Assembly: GCA_040954595.2 (NCBI GenBank)
Contig: CM082579.2
Coordinates: forward strand, 7,429,625 to 7,493,624
Length of the DNA stretch: 64,000 nt
Reading direction: 5' to 3'
Origin: Balanoglossus misakiensis
Taxonomy: Eukaryota > Animalia > Hemichordata
The position numbers and the translations under genes are program-made. This document shows positions 10,301 to 23,700 of the stretch, one piece after another. The first letter of the stretch is position 1; every line of letters starts with the position of its first letter. The notes beneath the pieces were generated by a model, which saw nothing but the letters and a program-made list of their open reading frames with translations, did not search any database and was not told the origin of the DNA.

Positions 10301-12491
10301 TGGATTCGACTTGAAATGAAAACTAAATTCAATGAGCGTCGTGATACTGAATGAGCGTGTCGCGTGACACACATTTAAATCCGCCATGCATGGGCATTCG
10401 AATATGTGCGATTGAAAATGCAATTGCTAATGTTAAATATGCCAAAGGCTGCATAAACCACAACAACGCGAAGATTTTGGCGTTTGAGAAGTGAACGAGG
10501 ATGGAATTGGAACACGGTCGAAAAGATTCAGTGTCAGGCTTGTTATGACGATTTCCGAAGAACCATCAAAACTAATACAGTGCGTACATATTATGTACCT
10601 GTATGTATATATGGGCCCATCGACCTTCAACACACTGAACTATTTTTGAAACACCGTCAGAACTGTCGCGAGAAATTTTGCAGTTGATGTACACATCCAT
10701 TCTAGAGCCGAATTTAGTTTGTAAATACTATATATTTTTCTTCGTTGGGAAACATCTGCCAAAAATCTTCCCATCCACCCTCCTCCGAAATCAAATGGTT
10801 CATCCCTTAGGAAGAAACGTCGTCCAGAGATATAACAATGTCAGAAAATCACCAGGTTTGACACTGGTTCACTGAAACAATTGTCAGTTGCACAATCGTG
10901 AAATACCGCAAATATCACGATGCCGTCATCTGAAGTCGACGACGTCATTCTATTACGCCAAGATGTTGTTTGGAAGCACGGCTGGTACTAGTATATGTGA
11001 CCGAAGGCGTTGAGCTTGCTTGCGTGTGCCAAACAGCGTAGTAGCTTCTCTTGTGAATGAAAAAAAACGAGGCAACACGCGTAAACATGGATCATTTCCC
11101 CCCTCGACAAATATATCTGTCATTCCATACAATTTCTCTGATCTGCCCTCTGTGCGACATCCTGACCATAAGGGGTCGCCATGGAAACGTCATGCGCTCG
11201 CTCTTCCATGCTGAGCACAGAAGTACAGTAAACGAGACCAAAATCAGTGTTGCGCGGAATATCCCAGTGCTATCGACGCGGCGCTGTCATGTATATGCAA
11301 AGGTGAGAACATTCACAATAGAATGTTAGACACGTAATCTGTTGCATGGCCAGCGTATTCTCAATCTCTCCATGGCAACAGCGCAATTGCACATTAACAG
11401 ACCTCGTTGGACGTCCGGTCACATCAATGGGATTGTGAAGTGTTGCCCCGTTGGAGCTCAGAGCATCGAAATGGCGACACATTTTCCCTTCATGCTTTTC
11501 CGTGAATGCATTTCCAACTTGCACGGAAGCGTCAATTGTTAAATACAGCGAGTGTCGTATAGATACGGGGATGGATTAAGACTCTCCCGTGAGAAAAATA
11601 GGTGTTCCTCGGAACCGCCGCTTCTGTTTTATCTTCTTAAAAGACCTTGTATTGTCTCAGTTCAAAACAAATTGAGGATGAACATTTTTCCCAACCGATC
11701 TTAAGAGACATGTTAACACACTTCAATGAAGTGGGAACGATTTATCCCGCACTCTCGATCCCACACTCCCATCCCAGCGGCCATGAGTGTGAGAAAAGAT
11801 TCTACCAGAAGAGAGAGAAAGAGAGAGACAGACAAACTGATAGACACTGTAAAAGCTTCCATTTTGAAGCTTCTGATTTTTCCATAAACAGCCGTGAGTA
11901 GGAGAGAGGCCAGGGGAGCGTTACAGTCAAGGTCGTACATTGAGACGACATCCCAGTTGCAACGCGGTCAGATTCACGTTCATTTTCCGCCACCTTTGGC
12001 GTCTACATTGCCACGCTGTGATTATTACAGAGCTATATTTGGAGACGTCGCCAACTGTACGTACATGGCTTTACTCACATCACTCCCCTGAAGGTGAACG
12101 CAGAACTAACGCTTTACACAGACAAAGAGTAATAACCCAAATAACCTGCCAATCATATCTACAACATCGGCTTCGATCCGAGACTGAGCAGGCTGATGGA
12201 TGCCACTTATAAAAGAACAAACAATTAGGCCCCGAGTAAGTCTTGGATTTACGACCGCGTACTGTTACGATTGTGTAGTTTGTGACGCAAAGGTATGTAT
12301 GTCAGCAAGCAGTAGCACTCCACTTTGGCGGGGAGAAGTCACTGAGCTTTATAGGCATACATAGGCTACTTGCGGCACTAGCAAATGGTGATGAATAAAT
12401 ACGTACCAGCAGTTGCAGGCGTTTCCTCGCCGTTGATTTGTAGGGATGTTTCGGAGCTGTCAGATGCACGGGGTCGTTGATGCGTCGCCAT
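7350..12491 (-). CDS. Galactose-3-O-sulfotransferase (GAL3ST family), complement(join(7350..8839,12407..12491)), ~524 aa
   Basis: 5'-PSB motif KTHKTASTT, 3'-PB motif LREPSSQLESAF, plus VLITEHFDESL and WNGADAKLY; N-terminal type II anchor. An upstream exon MATHQRPRASDSSETSLQINGEETPATA ends in phase 1 (G|gtacgt), matching the phase-1 acceptor ttccattccag at 8840. Exon 1 is less certain than exon 2. Confidence 0.9.
11811..11845 (+). repeat. Short GA/GACA-rich microsatellite
   Basis: gagagagaaagagagagacagacaaactgatagac. Confidence 0.6.
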
Positions 12492-15024
12492 CCTGTCCAA
12501 ACTGGAAGACGCGCGCCACTTGAGCAGTGGCGACTTTCGGTCCCGGTGTCGGTGTGTGAGATGTCGGATCCAGCCCTGTCATCACACGAAGCCTTTCGCC
12601 ATTGCCGTCGCTTCACGTAGACACGAATGCAGTATTTTCAATGGCACTTATAACAAACGCACATCACCGACGACAACGCCCTACAGGTAATACAGGAACT
12701 GCGCGCGTTTGCAGCGCTCATATGCTCAATTTTCCGCCTACCACTGGTCGTGAATGGTGTACGCGCTCGGGTCACCATGGCAACGATAGACCAGTAATAC
12801 GTAGAGCGCACTCCGTATACCAAACAGTTGATGAAATGGCGAAGAGTGCGTTTAAGCGTATCTGGTGACGCGTATAGTTGAGGTTCACTACCGACATCGC
12901 AATCTCAGTTCACTGGTGATGATCGTGATCGGTAGTGGTGCTGAAGTGTACCGTGGAAGGTCTAGTTAGTTGAGTAAACTAGGGAGTACATACATGAACA
13001 CTTAAGTCACTAATAAAATAGCTAAATTTGCAGGTGAAATAGGTTCGGAGCGTGATAGAGAGACGCATACGTACGCACGCACACGCACGCACACCAAATT
13101 TTAAGTTGCACCGATTCTGATACTTTTGTCCCCTAGCGTATTGGACAGAACGGTTAAGGTCTGCAAATATGATATTTTGGGTGAGTCGTGAACACTTGGA
13201 GGACGGACGCGCAGATCGGCGGCGAGGGCGCGGAACCTTTACATTCAAACGCGCATCGTTTCGTGGATTTTATGCCTCATACGTTACAACACATTTTAAT
13301 TTTCACGCGTTATTATTGAGGCCACGGGCCTATTAATGTTAAATTCCAGGAGGGTTTTTTGTAGTATAGGCAAATTTGACTTTAATCATGGAGATTATTA
13401 AAAGGAGAGCAATGACTTAATCAATCGTGGTTATTTTCTTTATAGGCAATTCTATCTAGTCATTATAACAGTTCTTTTGATCCGTCCTCAAGAACTGCCC
13501 TTTTTGGCTGAGTGGATGTACAGTGTGAATAGAGCATCTTAATCAAATTACAACCTTGTTCACTCTGATCCGCACAGAACCACATTTTTCTTGTTTATCC
13601 AATCTCGCAGTGTTTAAGTTGTGACGACATAGCTGGTATGTTGACGTAATGTTTTGACACTGAAATACCTACTATAAGGAGTTTTATTACAATCAAAATG
13701 TATCCCGTCTTTTAAGAGCCTTCACCTGTACTTAAAGATTACACATAAACACGTTTCCCTAGAAACAAGAAGACGTGTTTTGATCTCGATCAATATAATT
13801 CAGGCTGTTTCCTTTACTAGACCACGCGTCACAAGCACGGGGGCGCACCTGGTTCGTTCAGTCGATTTGCATAAACGCACGTAGCAATGGCAACGGGGTT
13901 GATTCTAAAAAATAATGCCAGAAGGGTCGCAAAACACTCAGAGACACAAGTTCTGTTCACGTGACAGATACGTGTCTTTCGCGCTGTGCCCGGAATGAGA
14001 AATGTTAACGACATATTCAGAAGCAGGTCACCCAGAATTCGTACTCTGTGTTTCGCTTTCTTTTCCCCCAGCACGGAGCACCACCATGGCACGAATTCGC
14101 ATCGAATATTTATTTTATCAGACAACGTCCATCAAACCGACAGATGTAGGGCAACATTATTATACCTCGACGCTTTTTTCTTCCTGTGGGTCAATTTTGT
14201 CGTGTCTGTCAATGAGGAAAAAAAAGATTACTCCTCTTCGTTGTCGAACCACAATGTTTTCTATCTTGTCGAAGATCTCAAGCGCGCCGTCTCAGTATCA
14301 CAGAAAAAAAGGTCGGCGCCAAAACGAAGGAAGCACGTTTCACACGGCCTTGGTTTATGACACATGAAATAAAAGGCGTCGCACTAACGTTATTAATAAT
14401 TTGTAACATGGATCCCCCCTGAAAAGATGGCCCATCCACAAAATTACCTGGAACATTTGATTAATCTATAATCCGTCCGATGCTTTTATGTTGATGAAAT
14501 AACAGCATAGGAAAACGGCATTAAATTGTTATGGCGAGGGTCTGCAGTTTTGGACACCATGTGCCTGAGGCACAGACAGTGTACAGTGCTTTATGTTTCC
14601 ACTGTATATCCCTGTCGTCAGTATGTCCATTTCTTGGTGGCATGGCACGCACATACGGGTACATGTATGTTCCAAAGAACCCTGAAAACCACTGGACCTA
14701 ATATCCTACAGTGTGGTACATTTCGGTCGAAATTTCCCTGGAAAAGCCCAGCAATTATATGCCATTTCACAGAAAATTCACTTTTTGTCAAATGGAAGAG
14801 TTACAACTGTCACTATACACTTGAGAGAAAGAAAAAAACTATCAATAGAAATGAAGTTGTGTTTTTTGTGTCAAAGGTATGATTGGGAGTTGGGCGCGAA
14901 TGTGAATTTCTACTGTATAAGTATATATTTCAATGATTCTCTGCACTGTGTGACTAAAACCATTCACGTAAAAGTCTACCTAATTTTTTATCAATTTAGA
15001 TTTGGTAATAGACATGATGATACC

Positions 15025-15123
15025 GACGACGACGACGATGATGATGATGATGATGACGACGACGACGACGATGATGATGATGATGACGACGACGACGACG
15101 ATGATGATGATGATGATGATGAT
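15025..15123 (+). repeat. Compound trinucleotide microsatellite (GAC)4(GAT)6(GAC)5(GAT)5(GAC)5(GAT)8
   Basis: 33 uninterrupted GAY triplets read directly from the sequence. Confidence 0.97.
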
Positions 15124-18100
15124 GGTTTCAAAATGTGAACTTTACGAAAAACTACATAAAATTACAAGTTGGAGTGAATATATGGTTACCATGGTGATTG
15201 CACAAAAATAGAATTTAGCACATCCAGGCATGTATGTAATAAAGTACATGTATTTCATATAACACACTCCGCTTTTGTATGCACGCTTAAAGCAATGACA
15301 ATACCTGTGCAGGTCGTACGATTTTTGTCGCTACGTGAATTGAAATTCTTAAGTAAAACGTATACAGTCAGTTGGCATAAGCATAATGATTTCGTTGGTA
15401 TATTTCGTGCTCCTAGTTTCAGACATATGCATACTAAAAGTGGCTGCGATTATGCTACCAAGTGGAACGTTGGAAATATCTCCGCTATATTTAATAAACG
15501 AGCATTATTACTTAGTATATTAAGGACCACAAATATAGGAACTGTCACGTCAAATTCACATTTTCCCCTTCTCACCCGGACAGTGTCGTTGTAACGGTAC
15601 AGGGCAAGGTGACCCTTTACTTGTGTAAAAGAAGGTCATTTCAATGCCCAGCCATTAATGTCGCATCCGTCATGGCGCATGTACCGTGATTGAGTAGGTC
15701 ATAATTTTTATGTACCGTATGCCTTCTGGGTATTAAAGTTTGTTCCCATTCAGGCTGACGTCTGTGCGGATAAAGGTTGTGTGACACGAAACATTGCTCA
15801 ATAGGTCGAACAATATTTCAATGATGCCTTTTTATGCCGGCGTCTCGAAAATGCTTGCTGAAATTACGATTTATATGTACCAGTATTTCCCACTTAGCCC
15901 CATTTTTTCTAAAATGTTAGGGCTGACGTATTAAAATTAGAGAAACTCGCTTTAATGGGAACAACATACAGTTTGCTTGGCCTCAACAATAATTTTAATA
16001 TGATGAAAGACGTGTAAAGTAACAGTACGGTTCGAGAGTTCGTCAGTGGTGAACGTATTTTTGCTAGCGGGAAAGATAACCTCATAATTATCACTAAAGA
16101 TCTGACAAAAACTACTATACGGTTGGCGCCACTTATGGGCACACTGTTTTTATCGTTACTGTGGTGATGTATTGCTCTGTCTGTTCTGTGCAAGAAATTT
16201 CATTTAATCGTTTTACTTTGGGAATATGTAGATGTAAAGGGGCCGATAAGATTGATGCTATTGAGATATTCAATGAGATAGCTTTGTGATTAGCACAACA
16301 AGAATCAGGGCTGAATTGCCATGGCGGCAAAACAGGTAAATCTGCATGTCTGTCTGTCCTAGTAAGAGTGCCATGCAAAACTCCAACCGACTTGTACTTG
16401 TCTATGATGACCGCAAGAAGCACATGAAATCACACCAAAGGTTGTCATCAGATGGTGAAATATTGCACCAATTTACTCAACAAAATGTAACGTTCAGACA
16501 AAAACAGAATAACCCAACCTTCTGATCAAACATGACAACCAACACACTGAAGTTTAAATAAAACCTATGCAATTCAGATTAATATCCCCCAAAATAAAAT
16601 AAATACAAAGTAAGTTGATTAATACTGAAGTTTTCATAATAATTTACTTTACATATTCGCAATGTCTGGGGACATTAACCTTGTTAACAGTGATACTATT
16701 CTCAAGTTCATAAATGGTGTATGACCTTTAAAATTGAAATTGCACCTGAAGTCGTATACAGAAGTTAAATACCATACTGGAATGATGCTAACAAAAGAAG
16801 TTTTTTTTTGGTAAATGTGCATAAAGCAAACCCTTACAGAAGATAATTCTGAGCTTCACATTTATATCGGTAATCTGTGCAAATGACATCCAAAAAAAAT
16901 GATACCTTGCAAGAGGATTAGAAATTATGAGAAGGAAGTGGTTTATGCTGCCCACCTTTCACTTGATTCAGATGGTACATGTAATACGTTCTGAAGTTCT
17001 GAGGCACGACCCTGGCCTTGCAAAAGAACAAAGTTCAATGCTAGACACTCTGAGTTCATTGCCGATGAATTAGAATTACATTTCCTACTTGGCAGGTAAC
17101 TGTCTTCGCAAGGCTGTCTGTGATAAGCCTGTACATTGAGATGCCAGTGATGGCTTCAATTGCGAATGTTTATGTGACTTCAAGCCGTGTTGAAACTTTC
17201 AATGAGCATCAACTGGTCACATGCCAGGCAGCATAAAAGGGATGCCTACCACAAGCAGCATGAAAATGACAGCACTTGTCAAGAAAAATCAAAAGTCTAT
17301 CAATTTACTTTGCAGTGCCCATGCTCGCATTACTAGTATTTGATCATTTAAACTAAGTGTGTGCTATGTCCACCACGCAAAATATGATGCTCTCTTTCAA
17401 AATAGTAGCTACCCTTCTATCTCTTTCTGTTCATTTTTTTTCAATTTTTGGTCGTATGTGATATTGAATTTAAAATGAAAAGTGGTCATCACTTTTCACA
17501 TTATTAAGTATCTTTAAATCTGTAAGCACTGAATATACAATTTTTTAATGGTCAAAATCAATTTAAAGGAAATATATTTTCAGTGGAATAAGTGGAATGA
17601 ATCAACCATATCACCTAATACAAAACTTTCCCCCATAAAGGAAAACCGACTATTTACAATTGATAAATTGGAAAGTTGAAATTCATTCACTTTGACGGGA
17701 TGTGCATGAAATACATGCACAAATACTGGGGCCACAACCTATGTCTCTGTGTTGCAAAAATATACACTTGGACATAAAATTCTGCTTTCCATGATAACTG
17801 TCTATACCACATACGTACAGGTCGTGTTTATAATTTGCTTGATACACCTTGCAATACCTTATGTTTGGTGAATCATGAAAACACATCAAAAGGTACTACT
17901 ATCTTACTTTTAGACAACTTCCACCATCTGAACAAAACCAAATTTTTTGGAAGTTACGAAAATGACACAACATGGAAAACGAGTAATTCTCTACTACCAC
18001 TGCTATGCAATGGATTGAGAGGAATTTGTAGTAGTCATTATCAAGGTCCTTCGAAACCTGTGCATTCCATCTTTTGTATAATACACCTACCTACTTACAA

Positions 18101-20513
18101 AATGAATGGTTAGTTCAGAAACTTTAGAATTAAATTTTTTCTCCATTTTTAATTCCCTGGAAAGATATTTACAAACAGGTATGTCTATTTCTGCAATTTA
18201 TATTACAAAGGTTTTATTGAGCTTGAGTGTTAAAAAAGTTCATTGTGAACATCAGGTAATTATGGTTTTGCAGATCAGCAGATTCATTATGACTGAAAAA
18301 ATGGTCAGCTCCAATATTCTCTGCAGTAATTTACTAGATATATACATAACTCAGATAGGGAAAATGTTAAAATTTGATCATTTAAAATTTTGCAAGTGTA
18401 CCACTGCAAAATGAGAAGAAATCAATCTTGTCATAACACAAGACTTTTTCAAATCTGGGTCAAAATTTTAATTTAAAAAGCTATTTTTTGCGTTTGCTTG
18501 TGGTGATAGTATATATGTCCTGTCCATATGCTAATGCGAATGATGCTAGTCATATATATTCCTGTTTATCGAATTGATGCAATAAATAAAATATAAATTG
18601 GATAGTGCGGGCATTACCGTATTGTAGCATCTGTCATCTCCTGTCAAAACGTTTCTGTTAAGTCTGGAAAATTTTGACATTTAAAAATCCAATTATCTCC
18701 AGTATGATGAGTACCTTGCGACATGCATGACAATTTATACTTCGAGCATTGCACCCTAAAGTGCCATTAACAGCCAACCCTAGAGGAAACTAATGATATT
18801 TTCAAGTGGCTATCCAGGAATTTCAGAGTACGCTTAAAAAATAATAAAAAAATACATAGTGGGCAGCTATCAAAGCTTGGCAATATTAAACAAATACAGA
18901 TAACCTCCAACAACATAAAAGCTATTCAGTGCTGCATAAGGTTGCATAATTTTTCGTCTGAGACACTTTGATGTAAAAAGCTCTCAGTATAATATGCCTC
19001 ATTAATGATGTCCACATTGTGTGTGTTGTAATTAGTTCCAACTGAACATGATAAATGCCAATTTCTACTCTGCAATGTTGGGTCACTGACTAAGCATAAA
19101 AATGTGCAGAATTGCATCACAGCATATTTGGTGGTTGTTTGCACTGTGGAATGCATTCCTGAGACAGCTTGATGGCTACATGTACAAAAGGACGCTTTCC
19201 ATTTACTCAACAAATGAATAGACTGAATAATGTGAGCGATTTTACAGCAGCAGCTGGTAAATCTCTCCCCCAAACACCTCCTAGATTCACTGTATTAGTC
19301 CATCCAACTCAAATTCATGCTAATAATCATAAATAACTGTGATCATACCCATCTATATTCTAAAGTTCATGGGTCAAATATACAGCATTTACATGGCTAG
19401 TTGCAAAGGCAGGAGAAATTGCTCAAATTATAGACTTGAACCAAGTCTAACTCAAATTCTCCATAGCAGCCAGCAGACCCCCCAGCTAGATTAGAATTAT
19501 CCATGCGCTACAATCTCTGTACAGAGAACGACTCAAACCATCATTTGGTATAAACCTGTGATGGTCTCATCATAGCCACTAGACAATGCCAAAATGTACC
19601 ACTTAAATTCTGACTGCATTTTGAATGGACTGACTTCAGCTAACTCAATAAACAGGAGATGAAACCTTACAAAAATAAGCAGTAGACATTTCCATAATTT
19701 TTCCAGGTCAGCTGTGACTAAATTCCCAGGTGAAAGATTTCCGTGACCTAAATTCCTAAATTGATTGGAAAATGAAGTAGAAGGGACTTCAATCTAAATG
19801 GGTTTGTTTTTCCTAGCTCATCAATGACTCTGTATCATTAAAGACAGAGCATGTAGCCTACAGATGGCATATTTCTTCCCTCTTGCCTAAAGCCAGACTG
19901 ACATATCACTCTCGTTTTAACTTTGGCATTTTGCAGTTGCTGTGCTCTGTTTTGCGGAAACTTGACATGCAAGAGAATGAGACTTGTAATCCTTGCACTT
20001 ATACGAGAGGATGATGTTTCATCTCAACTCTCAGGTGAACGGCTTGACTTGTACTGTAATTGAAAATTGTCCGGCTCGGCGGTATTGTGTTTCGCTTCTG
20101 AAGCTGAACAAACACAAGCCAAATCCTGATTTCGTAAACAAGGAAGGTGAGGCCTATAAATGGAAATGGGGCTAGTTGGAGAGGGGAGGTGTTTTGCAAC
20201 TGCTACTGTACCAAAGTAATGCCTACTTCTTCTTTTCTGCGTTCATGAAATTCTGTTTCGCTTTCTACAATGACGTATTTGACCCGCATTCTATAATTGT
20301 GACCAATAGCAATCACACACGTTATATCAACCTTATGCCAATCACTGTTGGCAATATTACATGATGTAGTAACAACTCATGGCAGTAACATGTTATCTTG
20401 GCATTGTACAAATAACTCTTGGCAACTGGCTTATTATCACCATGATGTAAAACCAACCAACATTGGCACATTGTTCTGTCGTATCTTGGCATTATTCACA
20501 TCCCTGTGAGAAA

Positions 20514-20755
20514 TCACCCCATTATCTTAACATTATATCGATCATTGCGGCAGCTGCCCGTCTTTTTCTTTTTCTTCTTCCTTCATCAGCACCATCATGT
20601 TCTTGACTAGGATGGACAGAATCTTGTCCACCGGATCCATGGCACCACGCTGGATCCACTTGGGAATCGTCACCCTGGCATGACTGAATCCCAGTTTCTG
20701 CAAGACGTAGTCAACGCCGACCGGATCAATCTTCTTACCGCCCCAAGACAGCAGT
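20514..20755 (-). CDS. BLTP1: BLTP1 terminal coding exon
   Basis: Acceptor cccgcag|actgctg. Encodes LLSWGGKKIDPVGVDYVLQKLGF...KIMG*. Confidence 0.9.
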
Positions 20756-23700
20756 CTGCGGGATCACACACATCAAAGGGGAAATTATGAATTATTAATC
20801 TAATCTGTGGATATATTTACAGGTGTGATGTCAGTTTAGATATCAGTTGACAAAACCATCTTGCATAAGCTCGTCAGTAATTAATGCATATACGTCATTT
20901 CATTTAATACAGGTGTGACATTTAAAAATCATACTTTTAAAAAGTTTATGATCGTATGTCTTCCCGGACTGCATCAACTGGAAGTGGAAATAGCAACCAC
21001 TTTTCTGATCGCCTTGACAACCAGATACTGGCTCATCTCTGCCATTTAGTATAGATAAAATCCAGTCCTGTGCACTCAACTGGAAATTTTGATTGATGGA
21101 TAAATCAACCACTGATGAGGAGCTGAATGCACATTAAACCATCCACCAACGATTGATGACTGTTCGTGACCTTGACCCGATTCTCAATTTCATTTCTGCT
21201 GTGCACACAGCTGGTGAAAATTAACCTGTGCATCAGCATCGTGGTCATCAGTTTTTGATCTCTTTTACATGACACAATTACACCGTCCAGTGACGCAGAA
21301 AAAAATACCCTGCTATATATTAAAGTTGATCAAATGTGTTTGATAACATTTTGACAGTAAAACATGCATTCAGGAAAAGTGCTTAAAATGCATGCAGGTG
21401 TGTCTTTTAGAGAAACACAAAACAGGATACTGAGGGTGGGGGGGGGGGGTGTAATCCTTCTAGGCCTAAAATCAATCTGGCAACATATCGATTTTTTCCC
21501 CTGAATGTTAATTGTCAGATAGTGATCTGCAAGTCGGGGAGTGATATAACAGAAATCGATGGCAGCAGACATAGTCGTTTTATAATTCCATCCAATCTCA
21601 GTTTCCCTGCTTACCTAACGGTTGGCTCCAACTGCCACGTTTTGCAGTTAAATTCCCTCCAGTCGACCATGCCTGAAATGGAGGTCTCCTCTTTCTTGTC
21701 TTTGTCGGGTGATTTCAGCGTCTTTCCCGCTCCGCTGCTTCTCGGCCCATGAAAGGCTGTCGGCGCGGCAACAACAAAAGAAAGAAGACCGATTACACCG
21801 TGTAATCTTAGCAGGCAATTTCTGAGAACCTTTGTGATATCGATTTTATAAAGCCATATGGTTACGCGTAGGGTACGGATGTACTTTGGGGACAAGGGCA
21901 TTACGCAGCTGAAAGCATTTCTGTAAAAAGCTTGATAGTTTACAATATCGCAGAGTACATCAACGCCATTGAAACAAAAGACAGACTTTCACACTGAATC
22001 GCTGAATCAGCAAAGTTACAGCTGCTTCAAGAGGCAAAGTTCTCCTACATTTGTTTTATATTTCGCCTGATAAGAGGAATTTCCATCAGCATTTTATGTT
22101 AAAATGACATAGCTTTTCTTCAATTACTTCTTCCTCTTGTTATGCTGAATGACACATGTCGTGCGATCTATATCAACTTTGTGAGGTCATGCTCCAGGTC
22201 AACTTTTTCTCTTGGGCGAAAAGGGCACGGACAGAATACAAACAGGGCAGTTTCCCAACTGCAAAACGATCCAGCCCGGAGAAAACGCCTGGATCTGCTT
22301 AATATGGAAATTACTGCGTAGGTGGTGTGAACGCACTCTTGTCTGCTGCGGCGTATTATCATCATCCCGATGTGATTCTCTCAGCACGACAACACTTCTA
22401 CGAACACTTGAAACACTGGAAACTTGCCGACGTGATTAAGTGATATAATCAGCAATGCACGGCATGGGACAGAATCTTCTTATCTGGGAAGTGTCTAATT
22501 CGCATGCTGCCGTAAATCTCTGTAAAACCATTGGAGGATTAAAACTTCCTGTCACGGCATCAGATGGGCAAGTCGCCCAGTTAATTAAAAACACAGACAA
22601 ATTCTAGTTTCATTATAAAGCCCAACTCCATGAAAGATTAAAAACCATATGATCTGAAGCAGCTTATATTCAAAGATGTCAGTTTCTCTGCATTGTTGGC
22701 AAATCATAAATTCATGAATGTATGTATGCACGCTTTTTTTGTCTCATACGGATGTCTACTTTATTGTACTAAACCTGTTCTCAAAGTTCAAAGAATTAAT
22801 ATTCCATGGGAGTATTATTCGATCGAGCCCCATCTGCTGCTACTGTGAAGTGCTAAGACTCGCCAAACACTCTTAATCAGGGTTCAAACCAAGCCACCCC
22901 AACCCACAGACTCCATGCATAAAGCATTTCAGACTTTCCCTAATTTAACAAGCTATAATGGTAATCTGGTATGCCAAAGTCTCCATGTTAAACACATCCA
23001 ACATGGATCTGAATGGGATCTAAACATTCCAAGCATTAATAAACAGTGCTGAAGCCCTGTCACACAGCACTGGCTCCACACTTTAACATGTTTTTTTTAG
23101 CCTGAGAAGTTTTCATTTGAAGACTGGTGATTCGAGTCCAAAACCCAGGGGGTGTACTTCCTATGTTCCCAATGTACATACGTGTTTTAAAAGCAATTTG
23201 GTCAAAAATGTGGTATGCTAAATTTATTAAAGACTAAAATGGGGTCATTATTTCATTGGGCTTATAATTTTGATAATATATGATGTGTGGAAATGATTTG
23301 CACTAAAATAAGGTACCCATATTATTTTTGTGTAATGATAAAAAATGGAGTCTGCGGTTTGGACAGTCCACTGACACACATATCGTATTTGTGCGAAGTA
23401 CACCCCCTGGTCTAAAACACGCTGAATCACTATACGCAGCTGTCAGGGGCAGAGTGTATGTGCTCAATCCATTTTAAGAAACGTCAATTTAGTGAAATAT
23501 CAAGAGATTCTTTTATCAGCGACTGTTTCTGTTTTCTTGATGAGATTCAATCTTCACAAGTACAGTCAAGGCAGCTGAGTTGACGAAATAAGCTCGGCCA
23601 CACAAGCTAATGGGGACTGCAATATCACGCAATCCCTGAAAACACAGTATCACATAAACGCAAGGCTTTGCTTTCAATGTTAGCTAGAAATCAGAGTTGT

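Noticed and set aside
14713-15211. Poly-Asp and poly-Met/Thr ORFs
   Set aside because: They are translations of the GAY microsatellite; the flanking residues are not protein-like and I saw no convincing splice sites.
22168-22294. Possible alternative terminal or poison exon of BLTP1 after aagcag at 22295
   Set aside because: Weak polypyrimidine tract and no recognisable homology; it cannot be supported without RNA-seq.
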